From assembly GCA_964566575.1 (NCBI GenBank), contig CAZMKD010000147.1, forward strand, positions 13,001 through 77,000: a stretch of 64,000 bases of DNA, in the 5' to 3' direction. This document shows positions 44,997-55,439 of this stretch, one piece after another. The position numbers were made by a program, and so were the translations under genes. Under the pieces are notes generated by a model. The model was not told where the DNA came from and made no database searches. It worked only from the letters and a program-made list of their open reading frames with translations. The stretch's first letter is position 1, and each line of letters starts with the position of its first letter. This stretch comes from an uncultured Verrucomicrobiota bacterium. GTDB taxonomy: Bacteria > Verrucomicrobiota > Verrucomicrobiia > Palsa-1439.

Positions 44997-45537
44997 GCGC
45001 GTGACCCCGAGTCGATCATGCGGCGGCTTTACGCTCGTCGAAGCGTCGATGGGCGCAGCCATCGGCGCCATCATCATGGGCGGTGTGCTTAGCACGTACA
45101 TCATGACCGCCCGGCAGTTCGCCGCCATCTCGAATTACTGGGAGATCCACATGGACGGTCGCACGGCTATCGACCGATTCGCCGTCGACATGCGCGCCGT
45201 CTACGCCATCAAGAGTTTTGCCGCGAATGGTCCCTTGGTCGTGAAGACGCCGTTCTATTCGAGCGGCGGTTCGATTACAAACACCGCCACGATCACCTAT
45301 ACCTACACGTCCGGTATGCTCAAGCGAACCGACGCCCTCACCGGGTCGACTTCCGTACTGGCGACTAACGTCTACAACCTGAAGTTCTCATTGTTCGACC
45401 GCGTCGGCAGCAACACCACGGTCATCGCCGCCGCCAAGGGAGTCTCGATCGAACTCTTTCTCCGCAAATCTACTGCTGGAAAAAACCAAACCGAGGATTA
45501 CCTGTCGGCGCGCATGAATATGCGCAACAAGCCCTGA
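44971..45537 (+). CDS. prepilin-type minor pilin/pseudopilin
   Basis: CGGFTLVEASMGAAIGAIIMGGVL. The start is assigned at MASTN. Confidence 0.65.
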   Translation: MASTNTFFKRVTPSRSCGGFTLVEASMGAAIGAIIMGGVLSTYIMTARQFAAISNYWEIHMDGRTAIDRFAVDMRAVYAIKSFAANGPLVVKTPFYSSGGSITNTATITYTYTSGMLKRTDALTGSTSVLATNVYNLKFSLFDRVGSNTTVIAAAKGVSIELFLRKSTAGKNQTEDYLSARMNMRNKP

Positions 45538-45545
45538 GGTGGACC

Positions 45546-46937
45546 ATGAATCAACTCACTCTTCGACGTACCGATGACCGAGGCTCAGTCCTGATTTCAG
45601 CGGCAGTGGCCGCGGCGGTGATCGCCATCCTCGTCGGCGGGATGCTCACCTTCATCAGCAACGAGTACCGGCAGAACCTTCGCAGCCACCGCTGGACGCA
45701 AGCGCTCTATTTGGCGGAAGCCGGCGTGGATATCGGGTTCGCCGAGGTCAATAACTACTACCTCTTCGGCTCCAATGCCTTTTCCAGCTCGCGCGGCTGG
45801 GTCAGTCAAGGGGGCGGCAACTACATCAAGATTGTCGCGGCGTTTACGAATGCCGCAGGCGAAGTCGTCGGCAGTCTCAGCAATCGCGTCCAGGGCGCCA
45901 TCGGGAACAATCCGCCCATCGTCAAAGCATTTGCCAGTTGCACCACCACGCCCAACGGTCCGAAAATCTATCGCGGCATCAAGTCCATCCTCGTCGATAG
46001 CGCCGCCTTCCCCGCCGGCCTGGTTTCCAAGGGTGGCATTGACATGAAGGGCAACAACATCACCACCGACAGCTACGATTCCTATGACGTCAGCAAATCC
46101 ACCAACGGCCGATACGATTCAACCAAGAAACAGGCCAACGGCGACATCGCCACCAACGGCGCGCTCACCAACTCCAACATCAGCGCCGGCAATGCCAACA
46201 TCTCCGGCTATGCGCTCACCGCTCCCGGCGGCACCGTCACTCTAGGTGCCTCTGGCACAATCGGCCCCACGTTCATCAGTCCGGCCACCACGGTGGCGGA
46301 GGCTCAGGCGAATGGCTGGGTGCGCGACGACTTCGCTGTGGATATCCCGGACGTCACCTTGCCCAGCGGCACCTCGTCCTGGCTCTCACTAGGCAGCATC
46401 AATAACAATACGACGCTCGCCACCGGTAACTATCAGGCGACCGACGTCACCCTCACCGGCTGGAATAGCCTCGTCATCGACGGCGACGTGAAGCTCTACG
46501 TCACCGACGCCAGCCAAGGGATCAGTATCCTCGCCAACGCCCAAATCACCATCAACTCGGGCGGCACCTTAACCATCTACAGCAACGGTTCGATGGACAT
46601 TGGCGGCAACGGGGTCGTCAACTACAACACCAGCGGCAGTAGCGACTCGGCGGCGATGCACGCCCAGTTCTACGGCATGAACACCGCCACCTCCGTCAAC
46701 ATCCATGGCAACGGTGAGTGGGTCGGCATGATCTACGCGCCCTACGCGGATCTCTCGCTGGGCGGCGGCGGCGAAATGAGCGGCTCGGTCGTCGCCAAAT
46801 CCATCAACATGAACGGGCACGTCAGCTTCCACTACGACGAAGCCCTTCGCACCCAGGGGCCCGGGGCCACCTTTGACATCCACTCTTGGGAAACCTACCG
46901 TTCCACCGACGGCGTCAATTGGACCAAAGATTTCTGA
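45546..46937 (+). CDS. PilX-N-like pilus-associated protein with beta-helix-like C-terminal region
   Basis: A PilX-like hydrophobic N-terminus (RGSVLISAAVAAAVIAILVGGMLTF) followed by a Gly/Asn/Thr-rich repetitive region. Confidence 0.6.
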   Translation: MNQLTLRRTDDRGSVLISAAVAAAVIAILVGGMLTFISNEYRQNLRSHRWTQALYLAEAGVDIGFAEVNNYYLFGSNAFSSSRGWVSQGGGNYIKIVAAFTNAAGEVVGSLSNRVQGAIGNNPPIVKAFASCTTTPNGPKIYRGIKSILVDSAAFPAGLVSKGGIDMKGNNITTDSYDSYDVSKSTNGRYDSTKKQANGDIATNGALTNSNISAGNANISGYALTAPGGTVTLGASGTIGPTFISPATTVAEAQANGWVRDDFAVDIPDVTLPSGTSSWLSLGSINNNTTLATGNYQATDVTLTGWNSLVIDGDVKLYVTDASQGISILANAQITINSGGTLTIYSNGSMDIGGNGVVNYNTSGSSDSAAMHAQFYGMNTATSVNIHGNGEWVGMIYAPYADLSLGGGGEMSGSVVAKSINMNGHVSFHYDEALRTQGPGATFDIHSWETYRSTDGVNWTKDF

Positions 46938-46943
46938 CCACGC

Positions 46944-48344
46944 CTACCGGACATCCAGTCGGCGCAAGATCCCAAACTTCTCGATCCGCTTGCGCAATGT
47001 CGCCCGCGTGATGCCCAACAGCTTCGCCGCCTGCACCTGGTTGCCCCCCGTCTGCTCCAGCGCCCGCACGATCAGCTCCCGCTCCATCAACGGGATCAAC
47101 TCCAGCGCCGAATCCTTGCGCGCCAACTCAAACAACGCCCGCGCCGCCGCCTCCAACCCGGCCGTCACGTCCTCGGCCGGCGCCACGGTGGGCGCGCCCA
47201 CCTCAGCCGGCAAATCCTCGGCCATCAACGTCTCGCGCCGTGCCATTACGACGGCCCGCTCGATCACGTTCTCCAACTCCCGCACGTTGCCGGGCCACAG
47301 GTGTTTCTGGAGCGAGGCCAGCGCCGCCGGCGCGATGCCTTTGACCTTGCCGGTACGCCGCAGAAAGTACTCCACCAACACCGGGATGTCGTCCACCCGG
47401 TCCCGCAACGGCGGCAAGTGGATGCGCACCACGTTGAGCCGGTAGTACAAGTCCTCGCGGAACTTCTTCTCCGCCACGAGTCGTTCCGGCTCCTTGTTGG
47501 TCGCGGCGATCACGCGCACATCGGCGCGCAGCGTCTCGTTGCCGCCGACGCGCTGGAACTCGCCGTTCTGGAGCACGCGCAGGATTTTCGTTTGCGTCGT
47601 CAACGGCATGTCGCCGATCTCGTCGAGAAACAGCGTGCCTTGGTCGCACTGCTCGAACTTGCCGATGCGCCGCTCCGCCGCGCCGGTAAACGAGCCTTTC
47701 TCGTGGCCGAACAACTCGCTCTCCAGCAGATTCTCCGGGATGGCCGCGCAGTTGATCGCCATAAACGGCTGACCCGCGCGCGCGCTGTGGTGGTAGAGAG
47801 CCCGCGCGACCAATTCCTTTCCAGTCCCGCTTTCGCCGGTCACCAGCACCGTCGCGTCGGAGTGCGACACCTGACCGATCATCTTGAACACCTGCTGCAT
47901 CGCCTCGCTCTTGCCGACGATGCCCTCGGCGTACTCTTCCTTCGCGAGCAACGGCTGGTAGCTGACGACGGCGCGCATGTCGCGCGCGACTTTCAGCGCG
48001 GCGGCGATCAGGGTCTTGAGTTTCGGCACGTCCAGCGGTTTCAGGATGTAATCGTACGCGCCGAGCTTCATCGCCTCGATCGCTGTCTGCGTCGTGCCGT
48101 AGGCGGTCATGATGATGACCAACAGCTTCGGGTTCAACTCCCGCAGTTTGCGCAACGTGTCCAGCCCGCTGGTACCGGCCATGCGAATGTCCATGACGAC
48201 GAGGTCCGGTTGCTCCGCCGCGACTTGCCGGATGGCGTCGTGTCCGTCCCCGGCTTCGACGATGTGCACCGTGTCGGTTTCGAGGTTGCGTCGAAACGCC
48301 CGGCGAATGTCCGCCTCGTCATCGACGACCAAAATCTTTTCCAT
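46944..48344 (-). CDS. sigma-54-dependent response regulator (NtrC family), orphan
   Basis: Receiver domain, AAA+ domain (GESGTGKE, GSFTGA) and HTH. There is no adjacent histidine kinase. Confidence 0.9.
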   Translation of the reverse strand: MEKILVVDDEADIRRAFRRNLETDTVHIVEAGDGHDAIRQVAAEQPDLVVMDIRMAGTSGLDTLRKLRELNPKLLVIIMTAYGTTQTAIEAMKLGAYDYILKPLDVPKLKTLIAAALKVARDMRAVVSYQPLLAKEEYAEGIVGKSEAMQQVFKMIGQVSHSDATVLVTGESGTGKELVARALYHHSARAGQPFMAINCAAIPENLLESELFGHEKGSFTGAAERRIGKFEQCDQGTLFLDEIGDMPLTTQTKILRVLQNGEFQRVGGNETLRADVRVIAATNKEPERLVAEKKFREDLYYRLNVVRIHLPPLRDRVDDIPVLVEYFLRRTGKVKGIAPAALASLQKHLWPGNVRELENVIERAVVMARRETLMAEDLPAEVGAPTVAPAEDVTAGLEAAARALFELARKDSALELIPLMERELIVRALEQTGGNQVQAAKLLGITRATLRKRIEKFGILRRLDVR

Positions 48345-48412
48345 GGGCGCGGCATCTTACGCGGCTGCTGCCTGTATTGCAACGGCGACGAGGACGTGCT
48401 ACCGATAAAGCC

Positions 48413-49600
48413 ATGCGTTGGTCATTGCCCATCGGTCGCTTGTTCGGCATCTCGTTGCGGCTGCACGTGACGTTTCTGCTGCTGCTCGGCTGGGTCGCCT
48501 ACGAGGCGTTCAACGTCGGCGGCCCGGTCGCCGCGAAATGGGAACTGCTGCGTGTCTGTCTTATTTTTGTGTGCATCGGGTTGCACGAACTCGGCCACAG
48601 CGTTGTGGCTCAACAACTTGGTGTGCAGGTCAAGAGCATCACGCTGTTGCCCATCGGCGGGGTCGCGGCGCTGCGCCGCATCCCGGAGAATCCGTGGCAC
48701 GAAATCGCCATCACACTCGCCGGGCCGATGGTTAACGCGGTGATCGCGGCCGTGTTGTTGCCCATTGCCGGTTTGCCCTCGTTGCTGGACCTCGCGCGCA
48801 TCCCGCATGACGTGGGCAGCTTGGTGCGCGCGCTGACGGGGACGAACATCGCGCTGTTCGTGTTCAACTTCATCCCGGCCTTCCCGATGGACGGCGGCCG
48901 ATTGTTGCGGGCGGTGTTGGCCTTGGCTATTTCCTACCGGCGGGCGACGACGATTGCGGCGGTTGTCGGGCAAGGGTTGGCGATCGTGTTCATTCTGGCC
49001 GGGTTGAAACTGTCGGCGTGGCTGCTGATGATCATTGGTGTGTTCATCTTCCTCGGGGCGGAAGGCGAGGAGAGGATGGTGCAGATGCGCGGCCTGCTGC
49101 GGGATCTTGATGTCGAGGACGTGATGAGCCGGGAGTTTGTCGTGCTTGCGCCCACCGATGACATCGCGCGGGGACTGGAAATGGTTTATCAAACCGGGCA
49201 GGACGATTTCCCGGTGATCCAGGACAAGCAACTGCTGGGCATCGTGTCCCGCCAAGCGATGCTCGAGGCGGTGAACCGTGGCGGGGCGCACAGTCAGATT
49301 GCGGGCGTGATGGAGACGGACATGCCGGCGGTCTCGCCGGAGACGAAAATATTGCGAGTGCAGGATGAGTTGTTCAACGAAGGTTGGACCAGTGTGCCGG
49401 TGATGCAGGAGAGCCGGATCGTTGGCCTGCTCAGTCCCGAGAACATCAGTCGCTATCTGCTGGTGCAGTCCAGCATCAAGCCAGCTCGCCGACCCGCTGC
49501 CGCGCGAACGCCAGTGCCTCCTCCCGTGATCGCAGCCGTTCCTCCAGTTGTGCCTCCTCCGCCTCGCGTAGAATCTGTCCCACCAACGGGCCCGGTGTAA
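48413..49600 (+). CDS. M50 (site-2 protease) family metallopeptidase with CBS pair
   Basis: HELGHSVVAQQLG (HExxH in a TM helix), a FIPAFPMDGGR LDG-like motif, and a CBS pair. The Pro-rich tail overlaps the convergent cca gene. Confidence 0.8.
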   Translation: MRWSLPIGRLFGISLRLHVTFLLLLGWVAYEAFNVGGPVAAKWELLRVCLIFVCIGLHELGHSVVAQQLGVQVKSITLLPIGGVAALRRIPENPWHEIAITLAGPMVNAVIAAVLLPIAGLPSLLDLARIPHDVGSLVRALTGTNIALFVFNFIPAFPMDGGRLLRAVLALAISYRRATTIAAVVGQGLAIVFILAGLKLSAWLLMIIGVFIFLGAEGEERMVQMRGLLRDLDVEDVMSREFVVLAPTDDIARGLEMVYQTGQDDFPVIQDKQLLGIVSRQAMLEAVNRGGAHSQIAGVMETDMPAVSPETKILRVQDELFNEGWTSVPVMQESRIVGLLSPENISRYLLVQSSIKPARRPAAARTPVPPPVIAAVPPVVPPPPRVESVPPTGPV

Positions 49601-50786
49601 GCCCGAGCGCGAGCAGGTCGTGGCCGGTCAACAACGGGGCTGGTTTCAAGACTTCGGGCGGCAGCTCAGCGGCCTTGGTCTTGAGAAACTCGTAATTCTC
49701 CAGATTCCGGTGACTCGAGGCGCAGTCGATGCAGTGCAATTCGAGTTCGTCCGGGAACGTCTCGCGGGCAAGGATGCGTTTCAGCTTGGCCGGCCGCATT
49801 TCTTTCACGAATTGAAATCGCATGTGCTCGGCCACGCACAGTACGACCTTCGCAATCGTGTCGTTCGGAAACCGCAGCCGCTCCAAGATCTGCGCGGTCA
49901 TCTCCGCCCCGATGCGGTCGTGGTCGTTGAAGCGAATGCGGTCGGGCGCGCGCTCAAACGTCGGCGGCTTTCCCACGTCGTGCAGCAGAACGGCCAACGC
50001 CAGCACAGGACTGGGGTTCGCCGGCAACGCATCGAGCATCAGTCCGGTATGCGTGAACACGTCGCCCTCGGGATGAAACTCGGCCGGTTGCTCGACGCCT
50101 TTCATCGCTGCGATCTCCGGTAGGATTTCGGGCAACAACCCGGTCGCGTCGAGCAACTCCAGTCCGCGCCCCGCGTTTGGTCGCGTCAGAATCTTGATCA
50201 ACTCGTCCCGGATGCGCTCCGCGCTGACGACATTGATCTGCCCGGCCAGTTCGCGCGCTGCGGCGAAAGTCGCCGGCTCGATGTCATACCCGAGGTTGCT
50301 GGCAAATCGCACACACCTCAGCAGCCGCAGCTTGTCCTCCGTGAAGCGTTGCTGGGCATCGCCGATGCACCGAACAATCTTGCGCTCGATGTCGGCTCGA
50401 CCGCCGACGAAATCTATGATGTCTCCAGTCAGCGGATCGTAGAAGAGTCCGTTCACCGTGAAGTCGCGGCGCTGGGCGTCCTGTTCGGGTGAGCTGAACT
50501 TCACGCCGGTCGGCCTGCGACCGTCCAAATACACCTCGTCGCTGCGGAAGGTCGCGACCTCGAACTGGTGTCCGTCTTCTAGGACGAGCACGACGCCGAA
50601 CTGTGCGCCTACCGGCACCGTCTTCGCGAACAACCGTTGCACGTCGTCCGGGGTGGCGCTCGTGGCAATATCGAAATCGCGCGGTTCGACGCCGCGCACC
50701 ATGTCGCGGACGCACCCGCCGGCGAAGTAGGCGGTGTGCCCCGCCTCGCGCAGCCGGCGGACGATGCTGGTAGCCTCGTCCCGCAT
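49476..50786 (-). CDS. cca: CCA tRNA nucleotidyltransferase / poly(A) polymerase family with HD domain
   Basis: GGCVRDMVRGVEPRDFDIAT (the nucleotidyltransferase head) and an HD domain (LLHDVGKP). Confidence 0.85.
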   Translation of the reverse strand: MRDEATSIVRRLREAGHTAYFAGGCVRDMVRGVEPRDFDIATSATPDDVQRLFAKTVPVGAQFGVVLVLEDGHQFEVATFRSDEVYLDGRRPTGVKFSSPEQDAQRRDFTVNGLFYDPLTGDIIDFVGGRADIERKIVRCIGDAQQRFTEDKLRLLRCVRFASNLGYDIEPATFAAARELAGQINVVSAERIRDELIKILTRPNAGRGLELLDATGLLPEILPEIAAMKGVEQPAEFHPEGDVFTHTGLMLDALPANPSPVLALAVLLHDVGKPPTFERAPDRIRFNDHDRIGAEMTAQILERLRFPNDTIAKVVLCVAEHMRFQFVKEMRPAKLKRILARETFPDELELHCIDCASSHRNLENYEFLKTKAAELPPEVLKPAPLLTGHDLLALGLTPGPLVGQILREAEEAQLEERLRSREEALAFARQRVGELA

Positions 50787-50791
50787 GCCGG

Positions 50792-51868
50792 TCAGTTCGC
50801 CTCGTCGGCTTCGTGTTCGATGGCGGTGACTTCCTTGCGGTGGGTGAGATAGAAGATTGCCCCCACGAGACTCCAGACCAAGTTGGCCAGATACCCCAGC
50901 AGCGACAGGGCGACGGCGAGCGAGGCGGCCATGCCCACTTCACTGAACATCTGGGCGTACATCAACTCCCGGACGCCAAAGCCGGAGATGCTGATGGGAA
51001 TAGCGGTCACGCTGTTGATGATCGGCAGATACAGCAGGTAATCAATGAGACCGTTGGTCGTGACGACGCCGAGCCCCCGGCCAACGCACCAGATGGAGAG
51101 CATCGATGCCAGATGGATGAAGAAGGACTGCACCAACGTGCTCACGAGCACGGTCGGGTGGGAGGCATATTGCCGGTAGGCGTCGACCATGCGCTTCAGG
51201 GTGTCGTAGCGCGGCATCTTCTGCAATGTGGCGCGCAACCGTGGCAGTTTATCGGCAAACCCGCGCCAAAAACCCACGATCGTGCCGGTCACACACGCCA
51301 GCACGAATGTCAGCGTGATGACGGCAAAGCTGCGCAACCGGACATCATCAAACACCCGGTGGTGATAGATCGTCATCATGATCAGCGCCAACACGAACAG
51401 CGCGAGCAGGCCAATGAGGCGGTCGACGACAACGGTCGCGACAGCCTCGGCCTTTTTATGGTGCGTTTCATGGGCGACATACCACGCTTTGATCACGTCG
51501 CCACCGGTTGAGCCGAGCAGAAAGGCGTTAAAAAACATCCCCACGAAGACGATGGAAGCGGCGCGCGGAAATTTGAGTTCCAAGCCCTGCACGCGCAGGA
51601 TCATCTGCCACCGAATGATGCCAAGCACGCACACGATTCCCACCGACAGCGTCCCCGCCGCGAACCACAAAAGGTTGACTCTCTGAAACACCTCCCACAA
51701 CACCTGCGGGCCTTTGGTCCAAACGATGTGCTCGCGCTCCGTCCACGTCATCGTGTCGAGATTGGAAACGAGTTTCTTCGCCTCGGCGTGGAAAATGCCG
51801 TTGAACAGATAGGCGAGGATACCGACGCTGACCAGAATGCGCAGGAGGGCGAGCAATCTTTGTTTCAT
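50792..51868 (-). CDS. flippase-like/UPF0104 (lysylphosphatidylglycerol-synthase TM-region) family membrane protein
   Basis: About 8 TM helices, the typical UPF0104 topology. Confidence 0.7.
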   Translation of the reverse strand: MKQRLLALLRILVSVGILAYLFNGIFHAEAKKLVSNLDTMTWTEREHIVWTKGPQVLWEVFQRVNLLWFAAGTLSVGIVCVLGIIRWQMILRVQGLELKFPRAASIVFVGMFFNAFLLGSTGGDVIKAWYVAHETHHKKAEAVATVVVDRLIGLLALFVLALIMMTIYHHRVFDDVRLRSFAVITLTFVLACVTGTIVGFWRGFADKLPRLRATLQKMPRYDTLKRMVDAYRQYASHPTVLVSTLVQSFFIHLASMLSIWCVGRGLGVVTTNGLIDYLLYLPIINSVTAIPISISGFGVRELMYAQMFSEVGMAASLAVALSLLGYLANLVWSLVGAIFYLTHRKEVTAIEHEADEAN

Positions 51869-52788
51869 TTGTGGACGGGACTCCGCAAAATTCCCTCAGC
51901 ACGACGGCAGGCTGCGGCGACTTGCTCGCCGCTCCAGTTGTGGTGAAGCTCCCACGTCAGGATCATGTCCTCGGTCAGATACCGGGTCAGCCGCGAGAAA
52001 TCAAACGTCCCGAGCCCGGGCGGCTGGTGGTCGAATGCCGGTGGGGTAAAATCCTGAAGATGCATACCGGCGGTCCGTCCACGATACCGTTCGAGAATGG
52101 ATTCATGGCTGGTGATCCCGAAGTTCTCCTTCACCTGTGCATGTCCAACATCGTGCCAATAACTGACCGCGTCGGCACCATAGCGGTTGATGAGTTCGGT
52201 CACTTCATACTCGCTGGGGATCTCTTCGAGACAGAACCGCGTCTCCAGCCCCAATCGCACACCGGCCCGCCGCGCGCGCGGCACAATTTCGTCGAGCGAG
52301 CGCAACACCTGGGCAAAATACTTCGGTCGGTTGTTGGCGCGGGCCGTCACCGCCTTCACGCGCACGCGCTCGAACTTCGGCGTCTTCGCCTTGCCGTTGG
52401 CGAACAGCTTCATGAGTTTGTCGGTGTAATCGCGCATCTCAATTTCGCCGAGATGGAGCACAACCATCTTGGCGCCGAGGCTCGCGGCAAACTCGATCGT
52501 GCGCAACGTGTGCCGCACGGCCAACTGGCGTTCGGCCTCGCGCAGTGAACTCGGCCGATACCGGTCCGGCGACGGTCCCGTCACGCCGACCGGTAACGGG
52601 CAAAAATTGTGCAAGGAGCTGATCTTGATTTCGCCGGCCGCCACCGCCGCCCGGATGCCGTCGACCATCGACAGCGGCGTGCCGTGTCCGAGCTCGGCGT
52701 ACTCGAAGCCCAGCGCCCGCACTTCGGCCAGCAACGCCCGGCCGTCGGTATGCCGCCCCGTGTTCCAGCAGGTCGAGAATGCAAACAT
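51865..52788 (-). CDS. sugar phosphate isomerase/epimerase (xylose-isomerase-like TIM barrel)
   Basis: ...GFEYAELGH..., ...VVLHLGE..., ...GLETRF.... The start is assigned at MFAFSTCW. Confidence 0.7.
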   Translation of the reverse strand: MFAFSTCWNTGRHTDGRALLAEVRALGFEYAELGHGTPLSMVDGIRAAVAAGEIKISSLHNFCPLPVGVTGPSPDRYRPSSLREAERQLAVRHTLRTIEFAASLGAKMVVLHLGEIEMRDYTDKLMKLFANGKAKTPKFERVRVKAVTARANNRPKYFAQVLRSLDEIVPRARRAGVRLGLETRFCLEEIPSEYEVTELINRYGADAVSYWHDVGHAQVKENFGITSHESILERYRGRTAGMHLQDFTPPAFDHQPPGLGTFDFSRLTRYLTEDMILTWELHHNWSGEQVAAACRRAEGILRSPVHK

Positions 52789-52855
52789 AACAGTTGAGGC
52801 CAACGTGCCCATACGAGCGTCGCGTTGGCCTCGGCGCGAATCAATTGCCGGTGTA

Positions 52856-53032
52856 TTAGAACCCGACGAAGTTGCGCGGTCCTTTCGCTTTGCGCCGACG
52901 CTTTTCGCTCGGCTTTTCGTAGTGGCGATGGGCCCGGGCCTCCCGCAACGTGCCTTCGCGGTCGAGCTTCTTCTTCAAGCGCCGCAGCGCCTTTTCCACG
53001 GGCTCGCCTTTCTTCAGTTTAACTTCTGACAA
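52856..53032 (-). CDS. rpsU: 30S ribosomal protein S21 (TTG start)
   Basis: Translated by hand: (L/M)[57 protein letters not shown]. The ORF track missed it because it has no ATG. It is preceded by the RBS GAGAGGAG and a sigma-70-type promoter. Confidence 0.7.
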   Translation of the reverse strand: MSEVKLKKGEPVEKALRRLKKKLDREGTLREARAHRHYEKPSEKRRRKAKGPRNFVGF

Positions 53033-53069
53033 ATGTTCTCACGCTCCTCTCAGTTCAGAATGAGTTGAC

Positions 53070-53098
53070 ATGATACGGGTGGAGTCGCAGCCTGTCAA
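53070..53098 (-). promoter_or_regulatory. sigma-70-type promoter of rpsU (TTGACA-N17-TATCAT)
   Basis: Read on the minus strand. It has a perfect -35 element, a 17-nt spacer and a near-consensus -10 element, about 35 nt upstream of the TTG start. Confidence 0.5.
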
Positions 53099-53101
53099 AA
53101 C

Positions 53102-53839
53102 CTATCGCGCCACCGCGTTCGTGCCGCCCGGTAACAGTGCTGCCAGTGGCACGAGCGGCGCGTAATCCTTTGCCGGCATCTCGGCCATGCGCCGTTGCAG
53201 AGTTGCCGGCTCGTCCAGCGCCATCCCGCTCAAGCGGATCGGCTGCCACATCAACCCGTCGAAATGCCGGTCCACCGTGCCTTTCACGAACACGTAAAAC
53301 ACCTCGGCGAATGCCGCCACAATTCGGTTGTCGATCTTCACAAACATCGAGCCGGTGTACTCGATCGCGTCCGGCGCGCATTGCTTGTAGCGCACAACCG
53401 CCACGCCACGCCCTCCCACGTCGAACACGCCGCGCTGCATCCCTTCGACATAGAAGATCCGTTGCCCGTCGGAGCGATAGACTTGTTGGATGTAACCCTG
53501 CGCGCCAATCCGATCATCCGCGAACGTGCGCCCCGGTTCTTCTTCCACCGCCCGATACACGATTAACCCCAGCGACTGCGCCAACAACGAGCACGCCGCG
53601 ATATGATCCATCAAAAACTGGAAATGATCTGTCCGTCCCCGGAACAGTCGCGGCGGATACTGGCGGCGCAGCGTGTAACGCTCCAAGACCGGCCGCACCA
53701 ACGCGCGATTGCTCTCCGTCATCGCCGCCAGCGGCACGAGGGCGGCCGGTGCGTTGGTCCTCGCCGCACGCGCTCCCACGCTCGACAAGAGCAGCGACAA
53801 CACGACGATTCCTGCAATGCTTTGACGGACACGTGCCAT
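53102..53839 (-). CDS. secreted hypothetical protein
   Basis: Signal peptide MARVRQSIAGIVVLSLLLSSVGARA. No family recognised. Confidence 0.5.
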   Translation of the reverse strand: MARVRQSIAGIVVLSLLLSSVGARAARTNAPAALVPLAAMTESNRALVRPVLERYTLRRQYPPRLFRGRTDHFQFLMDHIAACSLLAQSLGLIVYRAVEEEPGRTFADDRIGAQGYIQQVYRSDGQRIFYVEGMQRGVFDVGGRGVAVVRYKQCAPDAIEYTGSMFVKIDNRIVAAFAEVFYVFVKGTVDRHFDGLMWQPIRLSGMALDEPATLQRRMAEMPAKDYAPLVPLAALLPGGTNAVAR

Positions 53840-54002
53840 GACGTGACTGTGTCCACGTTCTGTTCTCTGGCTCAAGTGCAAAAGAAGCAACCCAATTGAC
53901 ATTAGCGCACCCAGTCCGCGCGACTACCTTCGCACCGAAAGGGGCGGATGGCTATGAAAGCATCAGAACGAAGCCGCCGCTGCGTCTGCGGGAGTCGTGG
54001 TG

Positions 54003-55439
54003 TCAAGCTAAGCCGCCGGCCAGAAACTCCTTCAACTGCGACGCCATCTTAGGCCCGATACCGGGCACGGCGGCGATGTCTTCGACGCTGGCCGAACGCA
54101 GCCGCTGAATCGAGCCGAAATGTTTCAACAACGCCAGTTTCCGCTTCCCGCCAAACCCCGGCAACTCGTCCAGCACCGACTCCTGAATCCGGCGCTTGCG
54201 CAACTTCTGATGGTACGCATTTGCGAACCTGTGCGCTTCATCGCGCAGGCGCTGAATTAGGTGCAGGGCGGGGGAATTGCGCGACAACCGGAGTGTCTGA
54301 CCGGGCGTATAGATTTCCTCCATCTGTTTCGCCAGTCCAATCACCGGCAACTGCACGCCAAGCTTAGCCAACGCTCCCATCGCCGCGCTCAACTGCCCGG
54401 CGCCGCCGTCCACCATTACCAGATCCGGCAACGCCCCGCCTTCCTCGCGCAGCCGGGCATACCGGCGGCCGACGACCTCCGCCATCGACGCAAAATCATC
54501 GCTGCCCTCGACCGTCCGGATCTGGTAATGCCGGTAATGTTCCTTGTGGGGTTTGCCGTCACGAAAGCAAACCGTTGAAGCGACCGCGAGCGTGCCGGAG
54601 ATATTGGAAATATCGAAGCCTTCAATGTGCGCCGCCGCCGGTAATCCCAAGACTTGCCGCAACTCCGCCATCTCCGCCTGCCGGTCGATCTTCGGCGATA
54701 AGTCCCGGGCAAACTTCCGCTCGCGCGACGCTCGCGCAATCTCCCGCAAACTATTGATCACATCGCGGAACTCGCCCGCCTTCTCGAACTGCATCAACTG
54801 CGCCGCCTCGCGCATCTGGATGTCGAGTTCCGCGAGCGCCTCGCGGTTGTGGCCTTCGAGAAAGCCGCACGCCAACGCGATCCGCCGCCGGTATTCCTCG
54901 CGCGGCATGTCTTTCAACGGCACCGGCACGAGATACGTCGAGTACTTCAAGTCTTTGGCCGTCGGTGCGCCCATACCCTGGACGAGCACGCCATACTTCT
55001 TGCGCATCCACTGCATCACTGCACGAACCGCCCCGGCATGCGCGAACGGCCCGAAATACAGCGCCCCATCGTCCTTCTTCAACCGCGCGAACTTGAAGCG
55101 CGGGTACTGGTCGGTGAGACTAACCTTCACGAGCAGGAAGCGTTTGTCGTCCTTGAACGTCACGTTGTAATGCGGCCGGTATTCCTTGATGAGCTTGCCT
55201 TCGAGCAACAAGGCTTCCGGCTCGCTGTTCACGACGAACGTCTCGAAGTCCGCGATGGAATCGATCAACGCCCGCGTCTTCGGGTCATACCGGAGCCGTC
55301 GCGACGGAGTGAAGTATTGCGACACGCGTTTGCGCAACGACCGCGCCTTGCCGACGTAGATCACGCGCCCCAGCCGGTCGCGCATCAGGTAGACGCCGGG
55401 CTTATTCGGGAGTTCCCGGACTTTGGCCTTGAGGTTCAC
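54003..55439 (-). CDS. uvrC: excinuclease ABC subunit C
   Basis: GIY-YIG (PGVYLMRDRLGRVIYVGKA), the UvrC homology region and a C-terminal HhH. Confidence 0.9.
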   Translation of the reverse strand: MNLKAKVRELPNKPGVYLMRDRLGRVIYVGKARSLRKRVSQYFTPSRRLRYDPKTRALIDSIADFETFVVNSEPEALLLEGKLIKEYRPHYNVTFKDDKRFLLVKVSLTDQYPRFKFARLKKDDGALYFGPFAHAGAVRAVMQWMRKKYGVLVQGMGAPTAKDLKYSTYLVPVPLKDMPREEYRRRIALACGFLEGHNREALAELDIQMREAAQLMQFEKAGEFRDVINSLREIARASRERKFARDLSPKIDRQAEMAELRQVLGLPAAAHIEGFDISNISGTLAVASTVCFRDGKPHKEHYRHYQIRTVEGSDDFASMAEVVGRRYARLREEGGALPDLVMVDGGAGQLSAAMGALAKLGVQLPVIGLAKQMEEIYTPGQTLRLSRNSPALHLIQRLRDEAHRFANAYHQKLRKRRIQESVLDELPGFGGKRKLALLKHFGSIQRLRSASVEDIAAVPGIGPKMASQLKEFLAGGLA

